Positions 9,639-20,315 of a stretch of 64,000 nt of DNA are shown piece after piece. The DNA comes from Promethearchaeota archaeon. GTDB taxonomy: Archaea; Asgardarchaeota; Lokiarchaeia; Sigyniarchaeales; SOKP01. Location of the stretch: the NCBI GenBank assembly GCA_048937405.1, contig JBHLNF010000003.1, forward strand, positions 192,001 to 256,000, read 5' to 3'. How positions within the stretch are numbered: the stretch's first letter is position 1; every line of letters starts with the position of its first letter. The translations under genes were made by a program, and so were the position numbers. Below the pieces are notes generated by a model. It searched no databases, was not told where the DNA came from, and was given only the letters and a program-made list of their open reading frames with translations.

Positions 9639-10763
9639 TTGCAAAATAAAGATAAACAAATAAAAAGAATAGGTTTAATTGTAAATCCCATCGCAGGAAT
9701 GGGAGGAAGCGTAGGACTTAAAGGAACAGATGGAAAAATATTCAGACAAGCTGAAAAAATGGGTGCTATGCCTGTAACTCCCATTAGAGCAAAGGAATTA
9801 TTAGTGAATTTGAAAAACAAGGAAAAAATGATACTATTAGTGGCACCAGGTAAAATGGGAGCTGAAATTGTTAGAAATCTTGGTATAAAATTTAAAATTA
9901 TTGGCGAAATTGGTACTGAAACAACAGCTGCAGATACTAAAAGAATTGCGAAGCGAATGCTAGAAGACAATATTGATCTTTTAATATTTTGTGGCGGAGA
10001 TGGAACAGCACGGGATATTTTCGATTCAATTGGATTAGAAAAGCCTGTTGTTGCTCTACCTGCTGGAGTAAAAATGTTTAGTTCTGTTTTTGCTATAAAT
10101 CCTAGAGCTGCGGCAGAGATAGTTGATAAATTTATCGAAGAAGCGATAGAAACCCAAGAAAAGGAGGTTCTTGATATTGATGAAGATTTAGTTCGTCAAG
10201 ATATCTTACAAGCAAAATTATACGGATATTTGAAAGTACCGAAAATCTTAGGGTTAATACAAGCAGGAAAAGTTAGTTCTGGGATGGGGAAAACAGTTGA
10301 AGAAAATAAACAAGAAATTTCTCAGTTCATAATCGAGAATATGGAAACTGATATTTTATATCTACTGGGACCAGGCACCACGATAAAGACAATAACGGAC
10401 AATCTTCAATTACCTAAAACTCTTCTTGGAATAGATGCTGTATATAATAATAAATCTGTTGGGTTAGATTTAAATGAGAAAAATATTCTGGAATTGTTAA
10501 ATCATTATAAAAAGGTTATAATCATCATTTCCCCTATTGGGGGTCAAGGTTTTATTTTCGGACGTGGAAATAAGCAAATTACACCCAAAATTCTAAAAAT
10601 AATAGGAAAAGAAAATATTAGAATCATATCTACTGTAGAGAAAATCAGACAATTAGATTGTCTAAGAGTTGATACGGGAGATATTGAGACAGATAAGAAG
10701 TTAATAGGTTTTACTAAAGTTATTACAGGTTATAAAGAAGAACTGATAATCAACGTTGAATAA
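9639..10763 (+). CDS. ATP-NAD kinase / AcoX-like family protein
   Basis: IVNPIAGMGGSVGLKGTDG, FCGGDGTARD, PAGVKMFS and SPIGGQGFIFGRGNKQI are typical of this family. Confidence 0.85.
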   Translation: MQNKDKQIKRIGLIVNPIAGMGGSVGLKGTDGKIFRQAEKMGAMPVTPIRAKELLVNLKNKEKMILLVAPGKMGAEIVRNLGIKFKIIGEIGTETTAADTKRIAKRMLEDNIDLLIFCGGDGTARDIFDSIGLEKPVVALPAGVKMFSSVFAINPRAAAEIVDKFIEEAIETQEKEVLDIDEDLVRQDILQAKLYGYLKVPKILGLIQAGKVSSGMGKTVEENKQEISQFIIENMETDILYLLGPGTTIKTITDNLQLPKTLLGIDAVYNNKSVGLDLNEKNILELLNHYKKVIIIISPIGGQGFIFGRGNKQITPKILKIIGKENIRIISTVEKIRQLDCLRVDTGDIETDKKLIGFTKVITGYKEELIINVE

Positions 10764-10829
10764 TTTATAAATAAAAAAATACAATTTGTTTAAGTTTTAA
10801 ATTTTTCAATATTTTATAGTGTCTGAATT

Positions 10830-11801
10830 ATGAAGATTCAATTAAATATGAATGAGATGTATAAAACTCCCCCTAAGGAAATTCTCGATCCTGTAAAAGA
10901 AAGTATTAATCAAATTAATCGCTATACTCCACAAAAAGAAGTGGATGCTTTAATTGAACAAATTTCTTATTATACAGAAGTTCCTAATGAATCGATAGTA
11001 TTAAGTTCAGGTTCAGATCTCTTAATCAAAGAATTTATATTCCTCTTTTCAAATAATAGACAAATAATAATAACGGAACCAACTTTCGTAGTAATCAATA
11101 ATTCAGCTCAAAAAGTAAACTCTCCTCTACTAAAAATTCGAATAAGTGAGCCAGATTTCAAAATTTCTTTAGATTCTTTTCTTAATGATTTAAAAAGACC
11201 ATCATTAATAGTATTTGATAATCCAAATAATCCAACTGGCAGTTTAACATTAAATCAAAAAGATGTTAAAACTATATTAGATAATGAAAATGTCATTATG
11301 TTAATTGATGAAGCATACTTTGAATTCTCAAAAGTCAGTTTTGTAAAATTAATAAATGACTATCCTAATCTTGCTATATTAAGGACATTAAGCAAGTCAT
11401 TTGGTTTAGCTGGATCTGGAATTGGTTATTTATTAACGGGTGATTTAATAAGGAAAAAATTCCAAGGATTAGAGATAATGCTTCCATATCCAAGTGTCAT
11501 CGCTGGAATCAAAGCCCTAACGTATCAAGAATATATGATAAATTATGTCAATGAACTTCAAAATGAAAAATTGAGAATTAGCAAGTATCTCACTGAGTTA
11601 GGTATAAGGATTTTCTCTAGTTATACCAATTTTTTGTTAGTGAAAACAAATATTCCAAATATTACTCAAATCCTAGCAAAATATGGGATTTTGGTTCACG
11701 ATGTTTCAAATCAATTGAGCTCCGAATTTTTTAGAGTTACTATAAGTTCTAAAAAAGAAAATAATTACTTTTTACAAATAATTGAAAAAATTATCGCTTA
11801 A
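10830..11801 (+). CDS. HisC/CobD-like PLP-dependent aminotransferase (class I/II)
   Basis: LNMNE, NRY, DNPNNPTG, IDEAYFEF and RTLSKSFGLAG (PLP lysine). Confidence 0.85.
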   Translation: MKIQLNMNEMYKTPPKEILDPVKESINQINRYTPQKEVDALIEQISYYTEVPNESIVLSSGSDLLIKEFIFLFSNNRQIIITEPTFVVINNSAQKVNSPLLKIRISEPDFKISLDSFLNDLKRPSLIVFDNPNNPTGSLTLNQKDVKTILDNENVIMLIDEAYFEFSKVSFVKLINDYPNLAILRTLSKSFGLAGSGIGYLLTGDLIRKKFQGLEIMLPYPSVIAGIKALTYQEYMINYVNELQNEKLRISKYLTELGIRIFSSYTNFLLVKTNIPNITQILAKYGILVHDVSNQLSSEFFRVTISSKKENNYFLQIIEKIIA

Positions 11802-11884
11802 GTATTAAATAAACAAAACTTTATATTAATAAGAATGAAGTAATTGTCCTTGATTTTTATTCACATAGAAAAAAAGTAAATTTT

Positions 11885-12610
11885 ATGTCTAAAAACAATA
11901 ATAGAGAAGTTAGTAGAATAAAAGAACTTGAAAGTATCAATTTGGCCAGAGAAGAAATTAGAGATTTTGTTATTGAAACTAAGAAAGAAGTTGAAAAGGA
12001 TAATGATTTATTAGCTAAACAAGTGAATGATGAACTTAAGAAAAGAGGGATCAAATCTATAGACGTTGTTGGAGCAATTGGAGCGGGTAAAACAGCAATA
12101 CTAGAAAAGATTGCTGCAGAATTATCAAAAAAATATAGAATCTTAGTAATTTGTGGTGATATTACTACTAGAGTTGATGCTGATAGAATTGAGAAGCATA
12201 ATGTTCACTCGATTCAAATAAATACAGGGAGAGAGTGTGCCTTAAATGCGTATCATATTTATCAGGTTTTAAAGAATCAAGATTTAAACAAGTTTGATCT
12301 AATTTTCATAGAAAATGTTGGAAATCTAATTTGTCCATCCGATTTCAAACTAGGTACAGATAAAAGAATGACGGTAGTTTCGATAACTGAAGGAGAATGG
12401 GTGATTGAAAAACATCCAATGCTCTTTAAAATGTCAGATGTTGCTGTTATTAATAAGATCGATCTTCTAGAGAGATTAGGAACAAATATTGATAAAATGG
12501 AAACTGATGCCAAAAATTTTAACCCGAAAATAAAGGTAATAAAAACTAGCGCAAAAACTAATAAAAATATTGATTTATTAATTAAAGCACTTGAACTATC
12601 ACTATTATGA
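11885..12610 (+). CDS. hypB: Hydrogenase nickel incorporation GTPase HypB
   Basis: GAIGAGKT, GDITTRVDADRI, INTGRECAL, ENVGNLICP, KHP and NKID motifs. Confidence 0.9.
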   Translation: MSKNNNREVSRIKELESINLAREEIRDFVIETKKEVEKDNDLLAKQVNDELKKRGIKSIDVVGAIGAGKTAILEKIAAELSKKYRILVICGDITTRVDADRIEKHNVHSIQINTGRECALNAYHIYQVLKNQDLNKFDLIFIENVGNLICPSDFKLGTDKRMTVVSITEGEWVIEKHPMLFKMSDVAVINKIDLLERLGTNIDKMETDAKNFNPKIKVIKTSAKTNKNIDLLIKALELSLL

Positions 12611-12621
12611 AGTGAGAATAA

Positions 12622-13056
12622 ATGAAAAAAGATTTAAAAGAAATTGAAATAATAGTGGGCGATTTAGAGTTAAATTCTCAAACTCAAATTAAAGATTTGC
12701 TGAGTAATTTCTTACAAACTCATCTTAATCGAAATAAAATTGATAACTTTATTGGGGATTATCCCACTTTCATAGAACCTGTACACCTTGAAGAAAATAT
12801 TAGAATTGGAGATGATGTACTATTAGGACCGAATGTATACATTGGTAAGGATTCTGAAATAAAAGATTATGTGGAAATATCGAATTCTATTATCTTTGAT
12901 AATGTTATTATCGGAGAAAATAATAAGTTAGATAATTGTATTATTGGAAAGAATACTTCATTGGTATGTGAAAATATTAATGTGAATAATTGCGTTATAG
13001 TTGGAAATGTAAAAAACAAAGAAGATCTTTATAAAATTATGTATAAATTTGAGTAA
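12622..13056 (+). CDS. Left-handed beta-helix (hexapeptide repeat) protein, like the C-terminus of NDP-sugar pyrophosphorylases
   Basis: IEPVHLEENIRIGDDVLLGPNVYIG...SNSIIFDNVIIG...NCIIG repeats. Confidence 0.8.
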   Translation: MKKDLKEIEIIVGDLELNSQTQIKDLLSNFLQTHLNRNKIDNFIGDYPTFIEPVHLEENIRIGDDVLLGPNVYIGKDSEIKDYVEISNSIIFDNVIIGENNKLDNCIIGKNTSLVCENINVNNCVIVGNVKNKEDLYKIMYKFE

Positions 13057-13921
13057 ATTAGTTTATCCAATAACTATTAATGACCTAAAGCCTTTTTGGG
13101 ATATTATTTTGAATAATGATAAATTTTTTAAAAAAAATCTAAAAAGATGGAATGAACTTGTAGAGATTAATGCTAAATCAAAATTTTATGATTTAGAGGG
13201 CTTTAAATCTGGTAAGATTTCTTTACTTTCAATAGAATTAAAAGAATTAGGAGATGTAAAGGGAAAATCTTTGTTGCACTTACAATGTCATTTTGGGATG
13301 GATACACTTTCATGGGCGAGATTAGGAGCTGAAGTTACTGGGATTGATTTTTCAGATAAAGCAATTAATTTAGCTAAAAACTTAAGTAAAGAGTTAAAAA
13401 TACCCGGAAGATTTATTTTATCTAACTTATATGATATACCAGAGGTTTTGAACGAAAAATTTGATATTATATTTACTTCATATGGATCAATCTGTTGGTT
13501 ACCTAATTTAATTACATGGGCTCAGATAATAAGTGATTTTTTAAAGGAGGAAGGGATTTTTTATATTATAGATAACCATCCTTTTGGACTTCTTATTGAC
13601 GAACACCAAAAGGCATTTAGGGTAGGTTATAATTATTTTTCTGAAGGAATACCAATTTGTTTCGATGAAAATGGAGCATATGCAGATCCTTTAGCAAAAC
13701 TAAAGAATCGAAAATCTTATGATTGGCTTCATAGCATGAGTTCAATAGTGAATGCTTTAATAGACGCCAATTTAGAAATTGAATTCTTGCATGAATTTCC
13801 ATTTACATTTCATAATATTCACCCTAATATGAAAAGAAGAGAAGATGGTTATTGGGAGTTTACAGATTTAGAATTCACTGTTCCTATGATGTTTTCAATT
13901 AAAGCTTATAAAAAAAGTTAA
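13049..13921 (+). CDS. Class I SAM-dependent methyltransferase
   Basis: LLHLQCHFGMDTLSWARLGAEVTGIDFS and FDIIFTSYG. The true start may be a little downstream. Confidence 0.85.
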   Translation: MSKLVYPITINDLKPFWDIILNNDKFFKKNLKRWNELVEINAKSKFYDLEGFKSGKISLLSIELKELGDVKGKSLLHLQCHFGMDTLSWARLGAEVTGIDFSDKAINLAKNLSKELKIPGRFILSNLYDIPEVLNEKFDIIFTSYGSICWLPNLITWAQIISDFLKEEGIFYIIDNHPFGLLIDEHQKAFRVGYNYFSEGIPICFDENGAYADPLAKLKNRKSYDWLHSMSSIVNALIDANLEIEFLHEFPFTFHNIHPNMKRREDGYWEFTDLEFTVPMMFSIKAYKKS

Positions 13922-13949
13922 AAAATTAAAAATTTATGTTTTGAATCAA

Positions 13950-15596
13950 TTATAAATTCTTTATTTTTTCTTCAAAATACTCTTTTAACAAGAAATATGG
14001 TAAATCCCCGCTTTTAAGAATAGTATCGTGAAAGAACTTCAAACTGAATTTGTCACCCATTTTTTCTTCTACTTCTCTTCGTAAGTCATCAATTAAAAGC
14101 TTTCCTAAAAGATATGATAACGGATAACTAGGGGTAGTGGTCCATCCCAATACTGCTGCTTTGGCTGCTTTTTCGTTCATTTGTAATACATTCATTAACA
14201 TTTTAACAGCATCTTCTATTGAACGTTGCTTACTTTGTAATTGTATTTCTAATATCATTTCCATAGCAATCTGCATTAGTGCTCCTGAATTCAATATCTG
14301 AGTTTTTGAGGGATCTTTAAAGAAACCTTGATGTAACATCATTTCCTGACAGTAGATTGCCCATCCTTCTACAGTTTCATAAGCGACCATTGGACTATCT
14401 GTTTGGTTTATAGACAACATTCGAGTGAGAGGAGCAAAAAGGTTATTACATATGAAATCTAAATGATGTCCAGGATAAGCCTCATGAATCATAGTATATG
14501 ACACCATAGTATAAGAATGTCGTTCCATTTGTGTAGGAGAGATCATATAAATACCTGTTTAGTCTTTCTGAAAATAGGGTGCTTCAATGTAGGCAGCAAG
14601 AGCAATAATTGGGATAAGATGAGGGGGTGTTTCAATAATAGTTAACTTTTTTTGAGGAATTGTAGCAAGATTATGTGTTTGAATAAATTTTTTTGCCCGA
14701 TTAGACTCATTTTGGGCATACAAAAGCACTTCCTCAAAATTAGGAATAAGATCTTCTTTAAAAAAAGTATCAATAGCTTCATCAAATGTTTTAGTAGGAT
14801 ATCTCTCCTTAGAAATTTGTCTTACTTTTTTTAATAGGGAGTTAAATATCTTGTTAGCCTTTTTTAGAAGTGTTCTTCTGTCCCAAGGGAGTTTCCGTAA
14901 GTTTAAAAGTTTATCAAGATTTTCAGATCCTAATGCCCAGACAAATTCATTATTATCTACTGGTAAACTCTTTATCCATTCAAGATGAGATTTAATTACT
15001 AATTCGACCTCATTGAATGCCTTTAGGAGTTTTTTTTTTAAAGATTCTGGAACATTAGGTGCCTCTATGAAGACTTTAGCAACACTTTCCATAAATTTTG
15101 GAGTGCTTTCGATCTGTTCTAAAGCCATATCTCTCCATATTATAGGAATTGGATTATCGTCAAAACGACTTTGAAATTCTTCTAAATACCTAGGTAGTTG
15201 CGTTAAATGTGCAATTAATGATTCAGCTACACAAATAGTAGGTCCTTTTCGTTGAAATAAAAGGAATGACATTTCTTGGAAATATGTTAATCCATTAGGG
15301 TATCTTTTCCATAAAGCAAAAGCATCATGCATAAATAAATTGACATTGTGATAATATTCCATTGCTTTAAGTGATATTTGGTTTTCGAAATTTAGTTTTT
15401 TCATATCTAATTGTTTAAGTTTGTCAATCCATTGACTGAACCATTTAAGAGTCTCTACGATATGTTCTGCTGTTCCTGATTCTACTTCTTTTTCATATTC
15501 TTCTTTTCCATGGAAAACGGCGATCCTTGGACTGTGCTTAAATAATTGCTGTATCCCTTTATTTACAATTTCCTCGAATTTTTGATTTTCGTCCAT
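13950..15596 (-). pseudogene. DUF885-family metallopeptidase-like gene interrupted by an in-frame TAA
   Basis: ORFs 14559-15617 and 13950-14546 are in the same frame and read ...APYFQKD*TGIYMISP (TAA at 14559-14561). HEAYPGHH, EGWAIY and PSYPLSYLLGK lie in the distal part. Confidence 0.8.
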
Positions 15597-15713
15597 TTTG
15601 AACACATCTATTAACAAATTTTGATTTAAAAAACTCTATTACTTATGTTAGATTTAGCCGTATTTAAATTTTAATGGGGAAACTTATTTAAATTTTTTAG
15701 AAAAAATTATTCT

Positions 15714-15844
15714 AAAAGAGAGGAATTCATAAATCTTCGTGAAACCCCTCTTTCACGAAAAAATCAATGTTATAGTAACAATACCCTTTGTTGATTTATT
15801 CCAATCTTTCAACGAAACTAGGAAAAAATACTTTCCTCTTTTTT
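15714..15844. promoter_or_regulatory. Nested inverted repeats between the divergent DUF885 and C25-peptidase genes (operator or structured RNA)
   Basis: Perfect 9-bp IR TTCGTGAAA-CCCCTC-TTTCACGAA (15736-15759), AAATCAA/TTGATTT (15761-15797) and an outer stem 15714-15725/15833-15844. Confidence 0.4.
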
Positions 15845-15953
15845 TAAAAAAGATAATAAGAAAAATTCAGCCTAGACACCCCCCTTAGATGAATAATAAT
15901 TAAATAATTTAATTTCTTTATTTTTAAATACAAAATTATTTTTTGACAAAAAA

Positions 15954-18900
15954 GTGAATCTAATGAAAATAGTAAAAAAAACTAAAAACACAATATTACT
16001 CATCATATTTATTCTTTCTATCGTATGGTGTAGCTATACATTCCCTATAAAAAGCTTTGTAGAGAAAAAAAATAAAAACAATATCCTAAATGAGAAAGAA
16101 CAAATTTCATATGATCAGAATTTTTTAGGAGATTCTGAAATAAAACTCTTAGATTGGAATGAAGACAGAATTGAATTAGAGTACATTGTACCTGAATTAA
16201 TTGTAGAAGAGATTATTGCTCCAACAAAAGATTTATATCATCAATTGAGCATATCTGGCGGTGGACATCTCGAACAGGCTGGTCACCCTAAGATTCCGTT
16301 TAGAACACTAAAAATTCTCCTTCCATATGGAAAAGAATTGGAAGATATAGAAATTGTTGGGGAGGGAAAACAGACCCTAGAAGGGACTTATAGAATAGAG
16401 CCTGGTCAAGCGCAAACGCCCCTTGGATTACAAACTGATTCTGTATTCACCTTGGATACCTCTATATATGATTCGGATAATCCATTCCCAGCAGAACTTT
16501 ATTCAGTAGTAGGAGTATACAAATTAAGAGGATATAAAATTCTTATTCTCAATCTCTATCCCGTGAGTTATATACCAAAAACAAGTAAGATCTCCTATTA
16601 TGAAGAGATGAAAGTGTTGGTAAATCTTAATGAATGTATCGAAGAAAATTCATTATTCAGAGGGAAAAAGAAGGATGAAGAACGTGTTATAGAAATAGTT
16701 GATAATCCTCAATTAATTGAAACCTATTTAGGAAGGACAGGCTCTTTAAATAGATTCGACTCTCTTTTGGCTCTTCCCCCAGGTTCATATAATTACACAA
16801 TAATTACAAATGAAGCTTTGAAAAACTCAGGTGGAACCTATACATTCCAAGATCTTGTTAATAGTAAAAATGCAAAGGGTATCCAAACGAATATTGTTAC
16901 AGTGGAATATATTTATAATAATTATCCTGGAGATGATAATCAGGAAAAAATACGAAATTTCATTATCGATGCATATTCTACATGGGGTATAGAATACGTC
17001 TTACTTGGGGGCGATGGTGACGGAGAAAATGTAGGTGGAGAAAGTGAGGATCCGATAATTCCTTCAAGAGGTTTCTATGTTTCCTGGTATAACGAGTACA
17101 ATATACCTTCAGATTTATACTATGCAGGATTAGACGGGACTTGGGATGATGACGGAGATGGCCTCTGGGGTGAACCTGGAGAAGATGATCTGTACGCAGA
17201 AGTCTACGTTGGAAGGGCTCCAGTTGATTCAGAAGCAGAACTCTCAAATTTTGTGATGAAAACACTCCTCCATGAAGCTGCTGGTGATTCATATTTATTT
17301 GAAACTCTGATGGTCGGAGAATTTCTAGGTTGGACAAGGACAGGTGGGGATTATAAAGATGAAATAAGATATGGCTCTGATATGCATGGCTATACCACGG
17401 TTGGAATTCCGGCGGAAATATACAATGTTGAGACATTATATGATCGTGATGTGCCGTGGGATAAATCTCAACTTATAGCATTAATGAATGATGGTGTACA
17501 TATAATAAATCATTTAGGGCATGCGAATGTTGAATATAACATGAGACTTATTAATGATGATGTTGATTCTCTTCTTACTAATGAAAAATATTTCTTTGCA
17601 TATAGCCAAGGATGCTATTCTGGGGCGTTTGACAACAGAAACACTGCTTTAGGATATGGAAAGAATGATTGTATTGTAGAGCATTTTGTTACTACTCAAC
17701 ATGGAGCTTTTGCTTTTATAGGTAACAGCAGGTACGGATGGGGTAATACACTCACTACCGATGGAGCATCACAGCATTATGACCGAGAGTTCTATGATGC
17801 TATTTATAGGGAGGATATAATTGAAATTGGAAGGGCAAATCAGGATTCTAAGGAGGATAACATAGCATTTCTTAATCCAGGCAACCCAATGAGATATTGT
17901 TATTATGAATTAAATTTATTTGGCGATCCGATGGCTACAATCACTATAACTCTCCCTCATGATTTACGTGTTTCTTTGGAAGTACCAGAAAATCCTGAAA
18001 TTGAAAGCACTTATGTCATTAATGCAACAGTCACCAACAAAGGTGAGAATGATGAAAATAGCGTAGATTTTGTCTTATATCTTGATGACATTGATGTTGC
18101 TTCCACCACAATTCCCACTCTTCAAGTGGATGAGAGTGTAACTCTTAATTTTGATTGGACACCTATTGGATATGATACTTATAACTTTACTGCTTATGCT
18201 ATGCCAGTTACCAATGAAACTTGCGTGAAAAACAATATTAAAACTCAATTAGTAAGTAATATAATTAATTATAAGACCTTATGGTTTGATGATTTTGAGA
18301 GTGGTTTATCAAAGTGGGAGTCAATTACAGGATTGTGGCATTTAACCAATGATTCTGTCTCATGGCCACCTCCATGGGACCCATATAATTCTCCTATACA
18401 TTCAATGTGGTTTGGAAATGCATCAACTGGAGATATCAGAAATTCTTCTTCATTATCTTTGCTAGCGTATAGTACAGGTCATTTTATCTCCATACCTATA
18501 GATTTATCAAGTGAGGAAAATGCATATTTAGAATTCTATCATTGGAGAAACCATCTCCAACCTCTACGTATACAGCATTTATCATATGTTTATATATCAA
18601 CTGATAACATTAATTGGAATCCCATATACGTCAATAATGATTGGATTCCAACATGGGAAAAGGTGAATCTTGATATCTCAAGTTATTGTGGAAGTAGCTC
18701 GGTACGAATAAAATTTGATTTTTTCGCTCGGTCACGTTTGGAAGGTATGAGAGGATGGTTTGTGGATGACATCAAAATAACTATACCATTACCGAATTAT
18801 AACAAACCAAGCTTATCAAGTGGTTCTGTTTCACCTTCTACTGGTAATCAAACAAAGCAATTCAATTTCAGTGTGAATTATGTAGATCAAGATAATCATG

Positions 18901-20270
18901 CTCCTCTCTATATCAACACAGTGATTAATGGAATTTCTTACCAAATGGAAAAACAAGATCTTTCTGACAATGATTATACCGATGGATGTATATATCAATC
19001 TTTAACCTATTTACAACCAGGTGATTATAATTATTTTTTTGAATGTTACGACGGATTTTCCTGTTTTACTGATGTACAATGGTTAAGCGTAGCTGAAAAA
19101 AATAATGAGAACTCCCCTATTTTGACCAATGGTCAAATTGATCCCATTAGTGGCTTTACAGCAACGCCATTCACATTTTCAGTTACCTATTCTGATAGTG
19201 ATAATAATGCACCAGAATATATGATGGTAACGATAAATACAATGAGCTATTCAATGATAAAGCAAGATCCAATGGATAATAACTACATGGATGGTTGTAT
19301 ATACATATATACCTGTAAATTAGAAGAGGGCATTTGTACATATTCTTTCACCTGTACTGATGGTGTTAATATTGTTGATCTTGGACCATATTTAGGACCA
19401 GTTGTAGAACGAGGCCAATTGTTTGATGGCATGTTTATAAAATATGATTCTGATATAGTGGGAAAGAAACCTGGTTATTCGAAGTTCTCATATTCTTATT
19501 ATTCAGCTCAAACTTTTAATGTATCGTGGGAGAGGATGCGTGGTGTTGGTTCATGGAATGTTAATACAACAACAAGGATTATGTCAAATCCTCGGGCACC
19601 TACTTTTGGTAATGGTTATCATACACCTGTTTGGATCTTCACGGATGTTTCACTTGGAGATAATATATCAATTGCTGTGACTTTTGATGGTGACCATGAT
19701 TTCACTATTTCAGGGGAATTGATTTATTATATTCCCGGTTTTGGAGCTGTAGAAGTATGGGTATTAGAAGATTTGACTACCCCTGGTGGTATTGCATGGT
19801 ATGAAAAAAGTACTGGAATTCTTCTAAATGGCACCTTTTTGAAATCAGATGGTAGTATTTATACATTTGAATTTGTAGATACAAATGTTATATTTACATA
19901 TCTGGAATTTCCACCATTGAATCCATCAATAACAATAAATAATGGAGATGTAATTACTAATAATACCCTCGTGACTCTCACACTTTCAGCTGAAGGAGCA
20001 ACAGAAATGTGTTTCAGAAATGGAAAAACTGGTGATTGGACAGAGTGGGAGCCTTACAGTACAACAAAGCAGTTTTATTTAGAAGGACATGAACATTACA
20101 CCGTTTATTCAATCTATGTGAAGTTTCGAAATGGAACAGGAGAGACGATCGCAATTGGTGATAATATTTTATATTTAGAGGACATGTCTGTGCTTCCTGA
20201 AAATCCTATTGAATTATATATGTTCCTTTTTATATGGCGTATTATACTATTATATCTATTGAACAATTAG
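15954..20270 (+). CDS. Secreted/surface gingipain-like cysteine peptidase (propeptide C25 + peptidase C25, CARDB and further beta domains)
   Basis: Signal peptide; GHPKIPF propeptide; YVLLGGD, PSDLYY, VYVGRAP; catalytic dyad region INHLGHA and YSQGCYSG; LNLFGDP; hydrophobic C-terminus. Start may be the ATG at 15963. Confidence 0.9.
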   Translation: MNLMKIVKKTKNTILLIIFILSIVWCSYTFPIKSFVEKKNKNNILNEKEQISYDQNFLGDSEIKLLDWNEDRIELEYIVPELIVEEIIAPTKDLYHQLSISGGGHLEQAGHPKIPFRTLKILLPYGKELEDIEIVGEGKQTLEGTYRIEPGQAQTPLGLQTDSVFTLDTSIYDSDNPFPAELYSVVGVYKLRGYKILILNLYPVSYIPKTSKISYYEEMKVLVNLNECIEENSLFRGKKKDEERVIEIVDNPQLIETYLGRTGSLNRFDSLLALPPGSYNYTIITNEALKNSGGTYTFQDLVNSKNAKGIQTNIVTVEYIYNNYPGDDNQEKIRNFIIDAYSTWGIEYVLLGGDGDGENVGGESEDPIIPSRGFYVSWYNEYNIPSDLYYAGLDGTWDDDGDGLWGEPGEDDLYAEVYVGRAPVDSEAELSNFVMKTLLHEAAGDSYLFETLMVGEFLGWTRTGGDYKDEIRYGSDMHGYTTVGIPAEIYNVETLYDRDVPWDKSQLIALMNDGVHIINHLGHANVEYNMRLINDDVDSLLTNEKYFFAYSQGCYSGAFDNRNTALGYGKNDCIVEHFVTTQHGAFAFIGNSRYGWGNTLTTDGASQHYDREFYDAIYREDIIEIGRANQDSKEDNIAFLNPGNPMRYCYYELNLFGDPMATITITLPHDLRVSLEVPENPEIESTYVINATVTNKGENDENSVDFVLYLDDIDVASTTIPTLQVDESVTLNFDWTPIGYDTYNFTAYAMPVTNETCVKNNIKTQLVSNIINYKTLWFDDFESGLSKWESITGLWHLTNDSVSWPPPWDPYNSPIHSMWFGNASTGDIRNSSSLSLLAYSTGHFISIPIDLSSEENAYLEFYHWRNHLQPLRIQHLSYVYISTDNINWNPIYVNNDWIPTWEKVNLDISSYCGSSSVRIKFDFFARSRLEGMRGWFVDDIKITIPLPNYNKPSLSSGSVSPSTGNQTKQFNFSVNYVDQDNHAPLYINTVINGISYQMEKQDLSDNDYTDGCIYQSLTYLQPGDYNYFFECYDGFSCFTDVQWLSVAEKNNENSPILTNGQIDPISGFTATPFTFSVTYSDSDNNAPEYMMVTINTMSYSMIKQDPMDNNYMDGCIYIYTCKLEEGICTYSFTCTDGVNIVDLGPYLGPVVERGQLFDGMFIKYDSDIVGKKPGYSKFSYSYYSAQTFNVSWERMRGVGSWNVNTTTRIMSNPRAPTFGNGYHTPVWIFTDVSLGDNISIAVTFDGDHDFTISGELIYYIPGFGAVEVWVLEDLTTPGGIAWYEKSTGILLNGTFLKSDGSIYTFEFVDTNVIFTYLEFPPLNPSITINNGDVITNNTLVTLTLSAEGATEMCFRNGKTGDWTEWEPYSTTKQFYLEGHEHYTVYSIYVKFRNGTGETIAIGDNILYLEDMSVLPENPIELYMFLFIWRIILLYLLNN

Positions 20271-20315
20271 GAAAGATTAGAATCTAATTAGTGATTTTTT
20301 TTTTATAAAATAATA

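Noticed and set aside
11885-12610. hypB terminal TGA as a Sec codon
   Set aside because: The protein is already complete, the next gene starts 11 nt later and no SECIS-like hairpin is seen.
14559-14561. Stop-codon recoding in the DUF885 gene
   Set aside because: The codon is TAA, the dominant true stop in this window, not UGA or UAG.
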